A DNA stretch of 64,000 nt, from the NCBI GenBank assembly GCA_965225945.1, contig CBDDBZ010000036.1, forward strand, positions 1 to 64,000, written 5' to 3'. Under the pieces are notes generated by a model, which did no database searches, was not told the DNA's origin, and worked only from the letters and a program-made list of their open reading frames with translations. The translations under genes were made by a program, and so were the position numbers. This stretch comes from Alphaproteobacteria bacterium. Its GTDB lineage: Bacteria > Pseudomonadota > Alphaproteobacteria > GCA-2731375. This document shows positions 1-23,468 of the stretch, piece by piece. Position 1 is the stretch's first letter. Every line of letters begins with the position of its first letter.

Positions 1-59
1 CGAAACGACATCCACGCGCGCCAGCGCGTCGATCCGATGCAACGAAGGAGTGTGACGAT

Positions 60-438
60 ATGGCGGATCTGGAACAGATCGCGGAACAGCTTTCCGGCTT
101 GACGGTTCTCGAGGCGGCGGAACTCGCCAAGCTGCTCGAGGAGAAGTGGGGCGTCTCGGCGGCGGCGCCGATGGCGATGGCGATGATGGCCGGGCATGGC
201 CGCCGAGGCCGAGGAAGCCGAGGAGCAGACCGAATTCGACGTCATTCTGGCGTCTTTCGGCGAAAAGAAGATCAACGTCATCAAGGAGGTGCGGGTCATC
301 ACCGGCCTCGGCCTCAAGGAGGCGAAGGATCTGGTCGAGTCGGCGCCGAAGGCGGTCAAGGAGGCCGTCAATAAGGACGAGGCCGACAAGCTCAAGGAGC
401 AACTCGAGGGGGCCGGCGCCACCGTGGAGGTGAAATAG
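60..438 (+). CDS. rplL: 50S ribosomal protein L7/L12, reading frame broken by one extra base near 192-194
   Basis: N-terminus [36 protein letters not shown] (from 60) and C-terminus EQTEFDVIL...[29 protein letters not shown] (to 438) lie in adjacent frames; AAGGAG RBS; upstream of rpoB. Confidence 0.95.
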
Positions 439-451
439 CCGGATTTTAGCG

Positions 452-487
452 GTCGCGCGGGCGGTTCCTCGGACCCGCCCGCGCGAC
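452..487 (+). terminator. GC-rich hairpin after rplL (possible attenuator/terminator, no U-tract)
   Basis: GTCGCGCGGGCGG (452-464) pairs with CCGCCCGCGCGAC (475-487). Confidence 0.45.
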
Positions 488-777
488 GCCACGAGCGCAT
501 TCGTCGGCTAGCTGCACGGAACGCTTGAATTGATCCGGCCGAATCGCATATATTCCCGGCCAATCGCCGCGGGTCGATTGATTGAAAACTGGAATCCTTG
601 TAGCAGGTCTTGCGCCGACCGGTCGCTAATGCGACCGGTCGGCGTTCGCGTCCGCCAAACGCACAGCGTTTTAGGGCGCCCGTCCTGTCGTGCTCGTCGC
701 CACGGGCGAGCCATCGGAGGACCTAGGCACCGCGCGAAGTATCGACCCGCGTCCGGCGGGCGTAAAGAGGAGAAGGC

Positions 778-4878
<4,101 letters not shown>

Positions 4879-4949
4879 CGGTATGGGCGGCGTCCGGCCG
4901 GTTCGGACGCTGCCCTGGGCCCGGATCGCGCGCAATTCCGGGACGGTGA

Positions 4950-9143
<4,194 letters not shown>

Positions 9144-9329
9144 TCGACGCGCGAAAGACTTCGAGATTGGTCGAGGCCGCCCCGGCGCTTCGCTTCGAAC
9201 CGGAGGCGCGCAAGTTTGTGTCGTTCAGGAGCGGCTGGCGCAACGAAATTGCGCCGACCGCCCCCTGGACGACCGATCCGACGAGCCAGGAAATGGTCGC
9301 CAAACGGTTGGAAAAACGTGAATTTTCTG

Positions 9330-9358
9330 TTGACGCGATAGGGGTCGATACATAGTAT
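9330..9358 (+). promoter_or_regulatory. sigma70-type promoter of the str operon
   Basis: TTGACG (9330-9335), 17-nt spacer, TAGTAT (9353-9358), AT-rich upstream, before rpsL. Confidence 0.7.
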
Positions 9359-9593
9359 CCGCGCACCTTGAATTGGGCGCAGGCAGTAGGCGTTTGACCT
9401 AGACGCTGCGTCGCGCGATCTCAATCTGGGACATGACCGACGCGGGACACCACGTCGCGAGGTTGGCGAAGGGGGCCAAACTCGGGCCAAGGGGGTTTCG
9501 CATTACCTGCGTCGGGCGCAGGTGAGAAGTCGTGACCGATCGAGCGTGGAACAACGCCCGTGTCGGATCGAGTGTAAGGAACGGGATCGCCAT

Positions 9594-9965
9594 ATGCCGA
9601 CGATCAACCAATTGGTCCGCAAGCCGCGGCAAGCGCCGGTCACGCGCAACAAGGTGCCGGCGTTGCAGGCCTGTCCGCAGAAGCGCGGCGTCTGCACGCG
9701 CGTCTACACGACGACCCCGAAGAAGCCGAACTCGGCCTTGCGCAAGGTCGCGCGGGTGCGCCTCACCAACGGTTTCGAGGTGATCAGCTACATCCCGGGC
9801 GAAGGCCACAACTTGCAGGAACATTCGGTCGTGCTGATCCGGGGGGGCCGGGTCAAGGATCTGCCGGGCGTGCGCTATCACATCATCCGCGGCGTCCTCG
9901 ACACCCAGGGCGTCTCCGATCGTCGCCAGCGCCGTTCGAAATACGGCGCCAAGCGGCCGAAGTAG
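9594..9965 (+). CDS. rpsL: 30S ribosomal protein S12
   Basis: [27 protein letters not shown]; ATG at 9594. Confidence 0.99.
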   Translation: MPTINQLVRKPRQAPVTRNKVPALQACPQKRGVCTRVYTTTPKKPNSALRKVARVRLTNGFEVISYIPGEGHNLQEHSVVLIRGGRVKDLPGVRYHIIRGVLDTQGVSDRRQRRSKYGAKRPK

Positions 9966-9990
9966 CGCCAGCCAGGACCGGAGCGAACCG

Positions 9991-10461
9991 ATGTCACGAC
10001 GTCACAGGGCGGAAAAGCGGGAGATCCTTCCCGATCCCAAATTCGGCGACGGAGTCCTGGCCAAGTTCACCAATTCCCTGATGCTGCAAGGCAAGAAGTC
10101 GGTCGCCGAGCGGATCATCTACGGCGCCTTCGACCGGATCCAGGCGCGCTCCGGCCAGGAACCGCTGAAGGTCTTCCACGAGGCGCTGACCAACGTGAAG
10201 CCGGCACTCGAGGTGCGCTCGCGCCGGGTCGGCGGCGCGACCTATCAGGTGCCCGTCGAGGTGCGCCCCGAACGCAGCCAGGCGCTCGCCATTCGTTGGC
10301 TCATCAGTTCGGCCCGGGCACGGTCGGAAAACACCATGGAGGAGCGGCTCTCGGGCGAGCTGCTCGATGCGGCCAACAGCCGTGGCGGCTCGGTCAAGCG
10401 GCGGGAGGATATACACCGGATGGCGGAAGCCAACCGCGCCTTCTCCCATTACCGCTGGTAG
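9991..10461 (+). CDS. rpsG: 30S ribosomal protein S7
   Basis: [19 protein letters not shown] end; str operon position. Confidence 0.99.
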   Translation: MSRRHRAEKREILPDPKFGDGVLAKFTNSLMLQGKKSVAERIIYGAFDRIQARSGQEPLKVFHEALTNVKPALEVRSRRVGGATYQVPVEVRPERSQALAIRWLISSARARSENTMEERLSGELLDAANSRGGSVKRREDIHRMAEANRAFSHYRW

Positions 10462-10486
10462 CGCGTAGAGCTAGAGGATCACTCCG

Positions 10487-12562
<2,076 letters not shown>

Positions 12563-12612
12563 CACGGCACGGGCGAATTAGGGAACAACGAGGAGCCAAC
12601 GGAGTTCGAGCG

Positions 12613-13803
<1,191 letters not shown>

Positions 13804-13870
13804 ACAGTAAAAGCGACGAGACGGGCGCCGTCGCGGTCCCGCGCGGGCGACGTTTGGCGGAGGGCACGAG

Positions 13871-14179
<309 letters not shown>

Positions 14180-14190
14180 GGGGGGGGGCG

Positions 14191-15012
14191 ATGCGCGCCG
14201 GAGTGATCGCGCGGAAGCTGGGCATGTCCCGGATCTTCCGGGAGGACGGCACCAACGTGCCGGTCACCGTCCTGCATGTCGACGACTGTCAGGTGGTGGC
14301 CCAGCGCACTCGGGACCGGGACGGCTATACGGCGCTGCAACTGGGCGTCGGCGAGGCCAAGACGAAGAACGTCTCTCGGCCGATGCGCGGCCATTTCGCC
14401 AAGGCTCGGGTCGAGCCGAAGCGCAAGCTCGCCGAGTTTCGCGTCGCCGAGGACGCGTTGATCCCGGTGGGCTCCGAGCTCACCGCCGATCACTTCGTCT
14501 CCGGCCAGCGGGTCGACGTCGCCGGCACCAGCATCGGCAAGGGCTTCGCCGGCGCGATGAAGCGCTGGAACTTCCACGGCCTGCGGGCGAGCCACGGTGT
14601 CTCTCTCGCGCATCGCTCGCCCGGCTCCACCGGCAACTCTCAGGAGCCCGGCAAGGTCTGGAAAGGCAAGAAGATGGCCGGCCAGCTCGGCAACGAGCGG
14701 GTGACGGTGCAGAACCTGACGGTGATCCAGTGCGATGGCGACAAGGGCCTGATCTTCGTCAAGGGCGCGGTGCCGGGCCCGAAGGGCGCTTGGGTGCTGG
14801 TGAGCGATGCGGTGAAGCACGCCCGGCCCGAGGAAGCACCCTATCCGGGCGCCGTCCGCGAGCGCGACTTGGCCGAGCCCGAGGCGGCGGACGCCGAGGT
14901 CGAGGCGGCGGCGGAAGACGGCGAGGTCGAGGCGGTCGAGTCCCGGGGCGAGTCCGACGAGGCGGCGCCGGCCGAGGTGCCCTCGGCCGAAACGCCGGAA
15001 AAGAAGGACTAG
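14191..15012 (+). CDS. rplC: 50S ribosomal protein L3 with acidic C-terminal tail
   Basis: [27 protein letters not shown]; S10 operon order. Confidence 0.98.
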   Translation: MRAGVIARKLGMSRIFREDGTNVPVTVLHVDDCQVVAQRTRDRDGYTALQLGVGEAKTKNVSRPMRGHFAKARVEPKRKLAEFRVAEDALIPVGSELTADHFVSGQRVDVAGTSIGKGFAGAMKRWNFHGLRASHGVSLAHRSPGSTGNSQEPGKVWKGKKMAGQLGNERVTVQNLTVIQCDGDKGLIFVKGAVPGPKGAWVLVSDAVKHARPEEAPYPGAVRERDLAEPEAADAEVEAAAEDGEVEAVESRGESDEAAPAEVPSAETPEKKD

Positions 15013-15016
15013 GGAC

Positions 15017-15637
15017 ATGCAGGCCGAGGTCAAGACCCTCGACAACGCCGCCGCCGGCACGATCGAGCTCGACGAGGCGGTCTTCGGCATCGAGCCGAGG
15101 ACCGACATTTTGCATCGCGTGGTCAATTGGCAGCTCGCCAAGCGCCGCGCGGGGACCCACAAGACCAAGCAGCGGGCCGAGATCCGGGGCTCCGGCGCCA
15201 AGATCTGGCGCCAGAAGGGCACCGGCCGGGCGCGTCACGGCAACCGCAAGGCGCCGATCTTCCGGGGCGGCGGCATCGCCTTCGGCCCGCAACCCCGCAG
15301 CCACGAGACCAAGCTGCCGAAAAAGGTGCGCGCCCTGGGGCTGCGCTGCGCGCTCTCGGCCAAGCAGGCCGCCGGCGAGTTGGTGGTGCTGGAGGACGCG
15401 CGGCTGGATGAGCCGAAGACCAGAATTCTCGTCGCCAAGCTGAAGACGCTCGGCTGGGACAACGTGCTGATCGTCGACGGGCCCGAACTCGACGAGAACA
15501 TGGTGCGCGCCGCGCGCAACATCGTCGGCGTGCGTCTGCTGGCGAGCCAAGGGGCCAACGTCTACGACATCCTGCGCCGCGACACCCTGGCCCTCACCAA
15601 GTCGGCGGTCGCGCAGTTGGAGGCGCGCCTCGCATGA
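15017..15637 (+). CDS. rplD: 50S ribosomal protein L4
   Basis: [11 protein letters not shown] motif. Confidence 0.98.
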   Translation: MQAEVKTLDNAAAGTIELDEAVFGIEPRTDILHRVVNWQLAKRRAGTHKTKQRAEIRGSGAKIWRQKGTGRARHGNRKAPIFRGGGIAFGPQPRSHETKLPKKVRALGLRCALSAKQAAGELVVLEDARLDEPKTRILVAKLKTLGWDNVLIVDGPELDENMVRAARNIVGVRLLASQGANVYDILRRDTLALTKSAVAQLEARLA

Positions 15638-15927
15638 CGACGGAACGGAATTACGCGACGGTGCTGGGCCCGGTCATCACCGAGAAGTCGACCCTGGGCT
15701 CGGAGCACAACCAGGTCACCTTTCGGGTCCGCATCGATGCCGACAAGCCACGGATCAAGACGGCGGTCGAAGCGCTGTTCAAGGTCGAGGTAAAGTCGGT
15801 GAACACCATTCGCGTCAAGGGCAAGATCAAGCGCTTCAAGGGACGCCTCGGGCGCCGGCCGGATTGGAAGAAGGCGATCGTGACGCTCGAGGAGGGACAC
15901 ATGATCGACGTCACCACGGGCATTTAG
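15634..15927 (+). CDS. rplW: 50S ribosomal protein L23
   Basis: PVITEKS..KKAIVTL. Confidence 0.98.
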   Translation: MTTERNYATVLGPVITEKSTLGSEHNQVTFRVRIDADKPRIKTAVEALFKVEVKSVNTIRVKGKIKRFKGRLGRRPDWKKAIVTLEEGHMIDVTTGI

Positions 15928-15945
15928 CGCGGGGAATCGTTTCAC

Positions 15946-16773
15946 ATGGCGCTCAGGCACTACAACCCCACGACGCCCGGTCGGCGCAACCTGGTGCTGG
16001 TCGACCGTTCGGCCCTGCACAAGGGGCCGCCGGTCAAGACGCTGACCGCGGGGTTGAGCAAGAAGGGCGGGCGCAACAACGCCGGCCGAATCACCGCCAG
16101 GCGGCGCGGCGGCGGCCACAAGCGGAGCTATCGGATCGTCGATTTCAAGCGCCGCAAGTTCGACGTGCCGGCGACGGTGGAGCGGCTGGAATACGATCCC
16201 AACCGCAGCGCCTTCATCGCCCTCATTCGCTATGAGGACGGCGAGCTCTCGTACATCCTGGCGCCGCAACGCGTGCAGCCGGGCGACAGCGTGATCTCCG
16301 GCAACAGGGTCGACATCAAGCCCGGCAACGCCATGCCGCTCAACAACATGCCGGTCGGCACGGTGGTCCACAACGTCGAGATGAAGGCCGGCAAGGGCGG
16401 TCAGGTCGCCCGTTCGGCCGGGACCTACGTGCAGTTCGTCGGCCGCGACCAGGGTCATGCCATCCTCCGCCTCGGTTCCGGCGAGCAGCGCCTGGTGCGC
16501 GGCGAGTGCATGGCGACGGTCGGCGCCGTTTCCAATCCCGACAATTCCAACATCAAGCTCGGCAAGGCCGGGCGCAAACGCTGGGTCGGCAAGCGGCCCT
16601 CGGTTCGCGGCGTGGCGATGAACCCGGTCGACCACCCCCATGGCGGTGGCGAGGGCCGGACCAGTGGTGGTCGCCATCCGGTGACGCCATGGGGCAAGCC
16701 GACCAAGGGCAAACGCACCCGCCGCAAGAAGCCGAGCGACCGGCTGATCATCCGGCGCCGGCACAAACGGTGA
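15946..16773 (+). CDS. rplB: 50S ribosomal protein L2
   Basis: [17 protein letters not shown] motif. Confidence 0.99.
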   Translation: MALRHYNPTTPGRRNLVLVDRSALHKGPPVKTLTAGLSKKGGRNNAGRITARRRGGGHKRSYRIVDFKRRKFDVPATVERLEYDPNRSAFIALIRYEDGELSYILAPQRVQPGDSVISGNRVDIKPGNAMPLNNMPVGTVVHNVEMKAGKGGQVARSAGTYVQFVGRDQGHAILRLGSGEQRLVRGECMATVGAVSNPDNSNIKLGKAGRKRWVGKRPSVRGVAMNPVDHPHGGGEGRTSGGRHPVTPWGKPTKGKRTRRKKPSDRLIIRRRHKR

Positions 16774-16786
16774 TGGGAGATTTCCG

Positions 16787-17065
16787 GTGACACGATCAGT
16801 CTGGAAGGGACCGTTCGTCGACGGTCATCTCCTGAAGAAGGCGGAGGCGGCGCGCGATAGTGGGCGCAAGCAGGCGATCAAGACCTGGTCCCGGCGCTCG
16901 ACCGTGCTGCCGCAGTTCGTCGGCATCACCTTCGCCGTCCACAACGGGCACAAGCACGTGCCGGTGCTGGTGACGGAGGACATGGTGGGGCACAAGTTAG
17001 GCGAATTCGCGCCGACCCGGACCTTCTACGGTCATGCCGCCGACAAGAAGGCTCGGAGGGGCTGA
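16787..17065 (+). CDS. rpsS: 30S ribosomal protein S19
   Basis: [21 protein letters not shown]; GTG start. Confidence 0.98.
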   Translation: MTRSVWKGPFVDGHLLKKAEAARDSGRKQAIKTWSRRSTVLPQFVGITFAVHNGHKHVPVLVTEDMVGHKLGEFAPTRTFYGHAADKKARRG

Positions 17066-17067
17066 GC

Positions 17068-17448
17068 ATGGGCAAGCTCTCCAAGGGACGGAAGTTGGGC
17101 GACGACGAGGCGCTGGCGATGGCGCGAATTCTCAGGGTGAGCCCACAGAAGCTGAACCTGGTCGCCGGACTGATCCGGGGCAAGCGGGTCGAGGCGGCGC
17201 TGGCGGAGCTCACCTTCTCGCGCAAGGGGATCGCGCCGGAAGTCAAGAAGGTGCTGGAGGCCGCGATCGCCAACGCCGAGAACAATCACGACCTCGACGT
17301 CGACAGCCTGGTGGTGTCGGAGGCGAGCGTCGGTCGCAGCTTCGTGATGAAGCGCTTCCGGGCTCGGGCGCGAGGTCGAACGGGGCGGATACAGAAGCCT
17401 TACAGCCGGCTTCGAATCATCGTCCGCGAAATGGAGGAGGCGGCCTGA
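17068..17448 (+). CDS. rplV: 50S ribosomal protein L22
   Basis: [18 protein letters not shown]. Confidence 0.98.
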   Translation: MGKLSKGRKLGDDEALAMARILRVSPQKLNLVAGLIRGKRVEAALAELTFSRKGIAPEVKKVLEAAIANAENNHDLDVDSLVVSEASVGRSFVMKRFRARARGRTGRIQKPYSRLRIIVREMEEAA

Positions 17449-18143
17449 TGGGGCAGAAAGTCAATCCGATCGGGCTTCGGCTGGGGATCAATCGGACCTG
17501 GGATTCGCGCTGGTATGCGGAAAAGCCGGAGTACGCCAAGCTGTTGGCGGAGGATCTGCGGATCCGCGCGTTCCTCGACAAACGGCTGGCCCAGGCGGGG
17601 CTCTCGAAGATCGTCATCGAGCGGCCGGCCAAGCGCGCGCGAGTGACCATCCACACCGCCCGGCCGGGCTTGGTGATCGGCAAGAAGGGCGCCGATATCG
17701 ATCGGCTGCGCCGCGAGCTCTCGGAGCTGGCGGGCGACGAGGTTCATCTCAACATCATGGAGATCCGCAAGCCGGAGATCGACGCCCGGCTGGTGGCGGA
17801 GAACATCTCGCAACAGCTCGAGCGGCGGGTCGCTTTCCGCCGGGCGATGAAGCGCGCCGTGCAGTCGGCGATGCGGCTCGGCGCGCTGGGTATCCGGATC
17901 AACTGCGCCGGTCGCCTCGGCGGGGCGGAGATCGCGCGCACCGAATGGTACCGCGAGGGGCAGGTGCCACTGCACACGCTTCGCGCCGACATCGATTACG
18001 GCCAGGCGACGGCGCTCACCACCTACGGCACCTGTGGCGTCAAGGTCTGGGTCTACAAGGGCGAAATCATGGACCACGACCCGATGGCGCAGGAAAAACG
18101 CAACAGCGAGATGCAGTCGCCCGGCGGCGGCCGGCAGAACTAA
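17448..18143 (+). CDS. rpsC: 30S ribosomal protein S3
   Basis: [13 protein letters not shown] start overlapping rplV stop; [12 protein letters not shown]. Confidence 0.98.
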   Translation: MGQKVNPIGLRLGINRTWDSRWYAEKPEYAKLLAEDLRIRAFLDKRLAQAGLSKIVIERPAKRARVTIHTARPGLVIGKKGADIDRLRRELSELAGDEVHLNIMEIRKPEIDARLVAENISQQLERRVAFRRAMKRAVQSAMRLGALGIRINCAGRLGGAEIARTEWYREGQVPLHTLRADIDYGQATALTTYGTCGVKVWVYKGEIMDHDPMAQEKRNSEMQSPGGGRQN

Positions 18144-18161
18144 TCCAGGCGGAACGGAGCC

Positions 18162-18572
18162 ATGCTGCAACCCAAACGCACCAAATACCGCAAGGCGCAC
18201 AAAGGCCGGATCCACGGCAACGCCAAGGGCGGCACGACGCTCAACTTCGGCTCCTACGGCATCAAGGCGCTGGAACCGGAGCGGGTGACCGCGCGCCAGA
18301 TCGAGTCGGCCAGGCGCACCCTCACCCGGCACATGCGTCGTGCCGGCAAGCTCTGGATCCGGATTTTCCCGGACGTACCGGTCTCGCAGAAGCCGACCGA
18401 GGTGCGCATGGGAAAGGGCAAGGGGACGCCCGAATATTGGTGCTGCCGGGTCAAGCCCGGGCGGATTCTCTTCGAACTCGAGGGTGTGCCGTTGGAGATC
18501 GCGCGCGAGGCCTGCATCCGTGCCTCGGCCAAGCTGCCGATCAAGACCAAATTCGTGACCCGACTGACCTAG
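18162..18572 (+). CDS. rplP: 50S ribosomal protein L16
   Basis: [18 protein letters not shown]. Confidence 0.99.
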   Translation: MLQPKRTKYRKAHKGRIHGNAKGGTTLNFGSYGIKALEPERVTARQIESARRTLTRHMRRAGKLWIRIFPDVPVSQKPTEVRMGKGKGTPEYWCCRVKPGRILFELEGVPLEIAREACIRASAKLPIKTKFVTRLT

Positions 18573-18585
18573 GAACGTCGAGGAT

Positions 18586-18780
18586 ATGAAAGCCGAGGAA
18601 CTCAGGGGCAAGACCCCGGACGAATTGAACGACCAGCTCATGGGGCTCCGTCGCGAGCAGTTCAACCTGCGCTTCCAGAAGGCGTCGGGGCAGCTGGAGA
18701 ATACGACGCGGGTGCGCCAGGTGCGGCGCGACATCGCACGGCTCAAGACGGTGCTGCACCTGCACCGGGCCGAGGGTTAG
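18586..18780 (+). CDS. rpmC: 50S ribosomal protein L29
   Basis: [18 protein letters not shown]. Confidence 0.98.
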   Translation: MKAEELRGKTPDELNDQLMGLRREQFNLRFQKASGQLENTTRVRQVRRDIARLKTVLHLHRAEG

Positions 18781-18791
18781 GGAGTTTCGCC

Positions 18792-19034
18792 ATGCCCAGG
18801 CGTGTGATGCAAGGGGTGGTGGTCAGCGACAAGGCCGACAAGACCGTCGTCGTTCGGGTCGAGCGGCGGGTGACCCATCCCGTTTACAAAAAGATCATTC
18901 GGCGCACGAGCAAGTTTCACGCCCATGATCCCCAAAATCGCCACAAGACCGGCGACATCGTGCGAATTCGCGAATGCCGACCGATTTCCAAGCTGAAGCG
19001 TTGGGAAGTCCTGGTCGACGAGGCGAGCGCCTAG
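18792..19034 (+). CDS. rpsQ: 30S ribosomal protein S17
   Basis: [22 protein letters not shown]. Confidence 0.98.
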   Translation: MPRRVMQGVVVSDKADKTVVVRVERRVTHPVYKKIIRRTSKFHAHDPQNRHKTGDIVRIRECRPISKLKRWEVLVDEASA

Positions 19035-19052
19035 GGCCCGGAGGACGAGGCC

Positions 19053-19421
19053 ATGATCTACCCCGAGACCTATCTCGAGGTCGCCGACAACTCCGGCGCC
19101 CGCAAGGTCCAGTGCATCAAGGTCCTGGGCGGCTCGAAGCGCAAGTTCGCCTCGGTCGGCGACAGCATCGTGGTGAGCGTGAAGGAGGCGATCCCGCGGG
19201 GCCGCGTGCGCAAGGGCGACTTGCACACCGCCGTCGTCGTCCGCACGGCGAAGGAGATCCGCCGCACCGACGGCTCCGCGATCCGCTTCGATCGCAATGC
19301 CGCCGTGCTGATCACCACCCAGGGCGAGCCGATCGGCACCCGCATCTTCGGCCCCGTGACCCGCGAGCTGCGCTCCAAGAACCATCTCAAGATCATGTCG
19401 CTCGCGCCGGAGGTGCTGTGA
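19053..19421 (+). CDS. rplN: 50S ribosomal protein L14
   Basis: [22 protein letters not shown]. Confidence 0.99.
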   Translation: MIYPETYLEVADNSGARKVQCIKVLGGSKRKFASVGDSIVVSVKEAIPRGRVRKGDLHTAVVVRTAKEIRRTDGSAIRFDRNAAVLITTQGEPIGTRIFGPVTRELRSKNHLKIMSLAPEVL

Positions 19422-19744
19422 TGGCGACGAAATTCAAGATCAAGCGCGACGACGAGGTGGTCGTGCGCACCGGTCGCGACCGGGGCAAGACCGGGCGCGT
19501 GCTCAAGGTGTTCCGGGCGGACAACCGCGTGGTGGTCGAGGGCGTCAACATCATGATGCGTCACACGCGGCCCTCGCAGACCAACACCGGCGGCATCATA
19601 GAGCGCGAGGCGCCGATCCATATTTCCAACGTCGGCCTGGTCGATCCCAAGGAGAGCGGACCGACCCGGGTCGGCTACCGCACCCTCGAAGACGGCCGCA
19701 AGGTGCGCTTCGCCAAGCGCTCGGGAGAGATCATCGATGTCTGA
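19421..19744 (+). CDS. rplX: 50S ribosomal protein L24
   Basis: KOW region [21 protein letters not shown]. Confidence 0.97.
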   Translation: MATKFKIKRDDEVVVRTGRDRGKTGRVLKVFRADNRVVVEGVNIMMRHTRPSQTNTGGIIEREAPIHISNVGLVDPKESGPTRVGYRTLEDGRKVRFAKRSGEIIDV

Positions 19745-20339
19745 GAACGGCAACGAGGGAAAAAACGGCAGCGGCGGCAACGGCGCGGCCCCGCCGCCGC
19801 CGGCTAGGTTGAAGACGCTCTATCGCGACGTCGTGCGCGCGAAGTTGGTGGCGGAGTTCGGCTATTCGAACCCGAATGCGGCGCCCCGGCTCGACAAGAT
19901 CGTCCTCAACATGGGCGTCGGCGAGGGCTCGACGGACCGCAAGGTGATCCAGGCGGCGCAGCGTGAACTGACGCTCATCGCCGGCCAGCAGGCGGTGGTG
20001 ACGAAGGCGAAGAAGTCGGTCGCGCAGTTCAAGATCCGCGACGGCATGACCATCGGCTGCATGGTGACGCTCAGGCGCGAGCGGATGTTCGAATTCCTCG
20101 ATCGCCTGATCACCATCGCGCTGCCGCGCGTGCGCGACTTCCGAGGCGTCTCGCCGAACAGCTTCGACGGCCGCGGCAACTTCGCGATGGGATTGAAGGA
20201 GCAGATCGTCTTTCCCGAGATCGACTACGACAATATCGATCAGATCCGTGGCCTGGATGTCGTGATCTGCACGACCGCCCACAGCAACGACGAGGGGCGG
20301 GCGCTGCTGCGTGAATTCAACATGCCGTTTGCAAGCTGA
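19737..20339 (+). CDS. rplE: 50S ribosomal protein L5
   Basis: [24 protein letters not shown]. Confidence 0.98.
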   Translation: MSENGNEGKNGSGGNGAAPPPPARLKTLYRDVVRAKLVAEFGYSNPNAAPRLDKIVLNMGVGEGSTDRKVIQAAQRELTLIAGQQAVVTKAKKSVAQFKIRDGMTIGCMVTLRRERMFEFLDRLITIALPRVRDFRGVSPNSFDGRGNFAMGLKEQIVFPEIDYDNIDQIRGLDVVICTTAHSNDEGRALLREFNMPFAS

Positions 20340-20360
20340 CGGCTCGGAGGAAACGGAAAC

Positions 20361-20666
20361 ATGGCCAAGAAGAGCGCCACTGAGAAAAACGCCAAGCGGC
20401 AGGCGCTGGTCAGAAAATACGCCGCTCGGCGCGTGGCCCTGAAGACGCTGGCGAAGGACGAGAGCGTGCCGCCGGAAGAGCGTTTCGCGGCCCGCCTCAA
20501 ATTGGCGAAGCTGCCGCGCAACGGCGCCGAGACGCGAGTGCGCAACCGCTGCAGCCTTACCGGGCGCCCCCGGGGCTACTACCGCAAGCTCGGGATGTCG
20601 CGCGTGGCGCTCCGGGAAATGGCCTCCAAGGGCCTCATTCCCGGCATGGTGAAGTCGAGCTGGTAA
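20361..20666 (+). CDS. rpsN: 30S ribosomal protein S14 (101-aa zinc-independent type)
   Basis: [19 protein letters not shown]. Confidence 0.98.
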   Translation: MAKKSATEKNAKRQALVRKYAARRVALKTLAKDESVPPEERFAARLKLAKLPRNGAETRVRNRCSLTGRPRGYYRKLGMSRVALREMASKGLIPGMVKSSW

Positions 20667-20680
20667 GGGGCTAGACGACG

Positions 20681-21079
20681 ATGACGATGACCGATCCTCT
20701 GGGGGATATGCTGACCCGGATCCGCAACGGCCAGCGGGCGGGCAAGAATTTGGTGGCCTCGCCCGCCTCGAAGCTGCGCGAGCGCGTGCTGGGCGTGCTG
20801 GAGCGCGAGGGTTACATCCGAGGCTACCGTCGCCTCGACGAAGACCAAGACAAGCCGGTACTGGAGATCGACCTCAAGTATTTCGAGGGCGCGCCGGTGA
20901 TCCAGACGATCAAGCGGGTGTCGACGCCGGGCCGCCGGGTCTATTCGTCGATCCGCGAGTTGCAGCCCTTTGCCAACGGGCTCGGGATTTCCATCCTGTC
21001 GACGCCCAAGGGCGTGCTCTCGGACACCGAGGCGCGCGACGAGAACGTCGGCGGCGAAGTGCTGTGTCAGGTTTACTAG
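20681..21079 (+). CDS. rpsH: 30S ribosomal protein S8
   Basis: DPLGDMLTRIRN..STPGRRVY..GGEVLC. Confidence 0.98.
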   Translation: MTMTDPLGDMLTRIRNGQRAGKNLVASPASKLRERVLGVLEREGYIRGYRRLDEDQDKPVLEIDLKYFEGAPVIQTIKRVSTPGRRVYSSIRELQPFANGLGISILSTPKGVLSDTEARDENVGGEVLCQVY

Positions 21080-21088
21080 GAGGCGGCG

Positions 21089-21622
21089 ATGTCGCGCATC
21101 GGTCAACATCCCGTGCCGGTTCCCAGCGGCGTCCAGGTGACGCTCGGGGACGGTTCGCTGGCTGTCACGGGCAGCCTGGGCACGCTCTCCATGTCGATCC
21201 TGGACGACGTGATCGTGACCCACGCGGACGACGCGATCACCGTGGCGGCACGGGGCGACACCAAGCGTTCCCGCTCGATGTGGGGCCTGCACCGGAGCCT
21301 CGTCGCCAACATGGTGATCGGCGTGACCGAGGGCTTCACCAAGGATCTGGAGATCGTCGGCGTCGGCTACCGGGCCTCGGTCCAGGGCAGTGATCTGGTC
21401 CTCCAGCTCGGCTATTCGAGGGACCTGGTCTATCCGATCCCGGAGCGAATCGAGATCGCATGCGCGCGGCCGACGATGATCAAGATCAGCGGCATCGACA
21501 AGCAACACGTCGGCCAGGTGGCCGCGGAAATCCGCCGTTTCCGCCCGCCCGAGCCGTACAAGGGCAAGGGTATCCGTTACGCGGGCGAGCATGTCTTCCG
21601 CAAGGAAGGCAAGAAGAAGTAG
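21089..21622 (+). CDS. rplF: 50S ribosomal protein L6
   Basis: MSRIG..PEPYKGKGIRY. Confidence 0.98.
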   Translation: MSRIGQHPVPVPSGVQVTLGDGSLAVTGSLGTLSMSILDDVIVTHADDAITVAARGDTKRSRSMWGLHRSLVANMVIGVTEGFTKDLEIVGVGYRASVQGSDLVLQLGYSRDLVYPIPERIEIACARPTMIKISGIDKQHVGQVAAEIRRFRPPEPYKGKGIRYAGEHVFRKEGKKK

Positions 21623-21646
21623 CCAGGATCGGGATCGAGACCTCGG

Positions 21647-22009
21647 ATGAGCAGACCATTGACGAACGCGATCAAACGGCGCCAGCGCATCCGCAGCCGG
21701 TTGCGCAAGGCGGCCAAGGGGCGAACCCGGCTATCCGTGTTTCGCTCCTCGAAGCACATTTACGCGCAGGTGATCGACGATACGGTGGGGCGCACGCTGG
21801 CCGCCGCCAGCACGATCGAAAAGGATCTCCGCGAGGCGCTGCTGACCGGCGCGGACACCGATGCGGCGAGCAAGGTCGGCGCGCTGATCGCCGAGAGAGC
21901 GAAGGCCGCCGGCGTCGCGCGGGTGATCTTCGATCGCTCCGGCTATCGCTATCACGGTCGCGTCAAGGCGCTCGGCGAGGCGGCGCGCGCGGGCGGTCTC
22001 GAATTTTAG
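21647..22009 (+). CDS. rplR: 50S ribosomal protein L18
   Basis: [22 protein letters not shown]. Confidence 0.98.
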   Translation: MSRPLTNAIKRRQRIRSRLRKAAKGRTRLSVFRSSKHIYAQVIDDTVGRTLAAASTIEKDLREALLTGADTDAASKVGALIAERAKAAGVARVIFDRSGYRYHGRVKALGEAARAGGLEF

Positions 22010-22021
22010 GACGGACGAAGC

Positions 22022-22573
22022 ATGGCACGAAGAAGTTTTGATGATCGCGGCGACAGCGACTTCCATGACAAGCTGGTTCACATCAATCGCGTCGCCAAGG
22101 TGGTGAAGGGTGGCCGTCGGTTCGGCTTTTCGGCCCTGGTCGTCGTCGGCGATCAGAAGGGCCGCGTCGGCTTTGGCCACGGCAAGGCCCGCGAGGTGCC
22201 GGAGGCGATCCGCAAGGCGACGGAGCAGGCCAAGCGGACCTTGATCCGGGTGCCGCTGCGCGAGGGTCGGACGTTGCATCACGACGTCCGCGGCCGCCAC
22301 GGCGCGGGCCGGGTCGTGCTCAGGACGGCGAGCCCCGGCACCGGCATCATCGCCGGCGGGCCGATGCGCGCGGTGTTCGAGTGCCTCGGCGTGCAGGACG
22401 TGGTCACCAAGTCGATCGGCAGCTCGAACCCTTACAACATGGTGCGCGCCACCTTCGAGGCGTTGAAGCGGCAGAGCTCGCCCCGCATGGTGGCGGCGCG
22501 GCGCGGCAAGAAGGTGAGTGACATTCTCGGCCGCCGCCGGGGTAGCGATTCCCAGGCGGCGCAGGAAGCGTGA
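22022..22573 (+). CDS. rpsE: 30S ribosomal protein S5
   Basis: [18 protein letters not shown]. Confidence 0.98.
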   Translation: MARRSFDDRGDSDFHDKLVHINRVAKVVKGGRRFGFSALVVVGDQKGRVGFGHGKAREVPEAIRKATEQAKRTLIRVPLREGRTLHHDVRGRHGAGRVVLRTASPGTGIIAGGPMRAVFECLGVQDVVTKSIGSSNPYNMVRATFEALKRQSSPRMVAARRGKKVSDILGRRRGSDSQAAQEA

Positions 22574-22584
22574 GGTCGGGAACG

Positions 22585-22815
22585 ATGGCGAAGACCCCGG
22601 ACAAGGCCAAGGCCAAGGCCAAGACCACGGCCAAGGCCACGGTGCGCGTGACCCAGGTGAAGAGCCCAATCGGGCGGGAGCGCGGCCAGCGCCAGACCTT
22701 GGTCGGGCTCGGCCTGAACAAGATGCACCGGACGCGCGAGCTGGAGGATACGCCCGCGGTGCGGGGCATGATCAACAAAGTCGCCCATCTGGTCCGCGTC
22801 GAGGAGACGGCCTGA
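22585..22815 (+). CDS. rpmD: 50S ribosomal protein L30 with Lys/Ala-rich N-terminal extension
   Basis: [27 protein letters not shown]. Confidence 0.96.
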   Translation: MAKTPDKAKAKAKTTAKATVRVTQVKSPIGRERGQRQTLVGLGLNKMHRTRELEDTPAVRGMINKVAHLVRVEETA

Positions 22816-22875
22816 GCGGGGATGGCGGCGCGGCCGGACCGAATTGGGTCGACCGAGAGGGAAGCGAGTGGGACC

Positions 22876-23427
22876 ATGCGGCTCAATGAACTGAGGGATA
22901 ATCCCGGCGCCCGCAAGGCGCGCAAGCGCGTCGGGCGAGGTATCGGCTCCGGCGTGGGCAAGACCTCGGGCCGGGGGCACAAGGGCGCTAAATCGCGCTC
23001 GGGTATCTCGCTCGGCGGCTTCGAGGGCGGCCAGATGCCGATTTATCGCCAACTACCGAAGCGGGGCTTTAACAACATCTTCCGCAAAGACTTCCAGGCG
23101 GTGAACGTCGGCCGCCTGCAACAGGCGATCGACGCCGGCAAGCTCGACGCCGGCCGGCCGATCACCGGCGAGGTGTTGGTCCAGGTCGGCGTGGTTCGTC
23201 GCCTCGGCGACGGCGTCAGGCTCCTTGCAAAGGGCGAGCTCGCCACCAAGATAGAGATCACGGTCGCCGGCGCCTCGCGCGCGGCGGTCGAGGCCGTGGA
23301 GAAGGCCGGCGGCAGCGTCGCGATTACCGGCGCCAGCGCGGCCAAGCACGGCGGCGCGGCCAAGGACGACGGCGTGGCCAAGGACGACGGCGTGGCCAAG
23401 GACGACGGCGCGGGCGAGGGGGCCTAG
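22876..23427 (+). CDS. rplO: 50S ribosomal protein L15
   Basis: [23 protein letters not shown]. Confidence 0.98.
   Translation: MRLNELRDNPGARKARKRVGRGIGSGVGKTSGRGHKGAKSRSGISLGGFEGGQMPIYRQLPKRGFNNIFRKDFQAVNVGRLQQAIDAGKLDAGRPITGEVLVQVGVVRRLGDGVRLLAKGELATKIEITVAGASRAAVEAVEKAGGSVAITGASAAKHGGAAKDDGVAKDDGVAKDDGAGEGA
23341..23412 (+). repeat. 18-bp tandem repeat x4 in the rplO 3' end
   Basis: Units GCCAAG(C/G)ACG(G/A)CGGCG(C/T)G encoding [24 protein letters not shown]. Confidence 0.9.
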
Positions 23428-23468
23428 GACGCCGGTTCGATTGGGATAGTGGGGCCGGGAGCGCTTCG

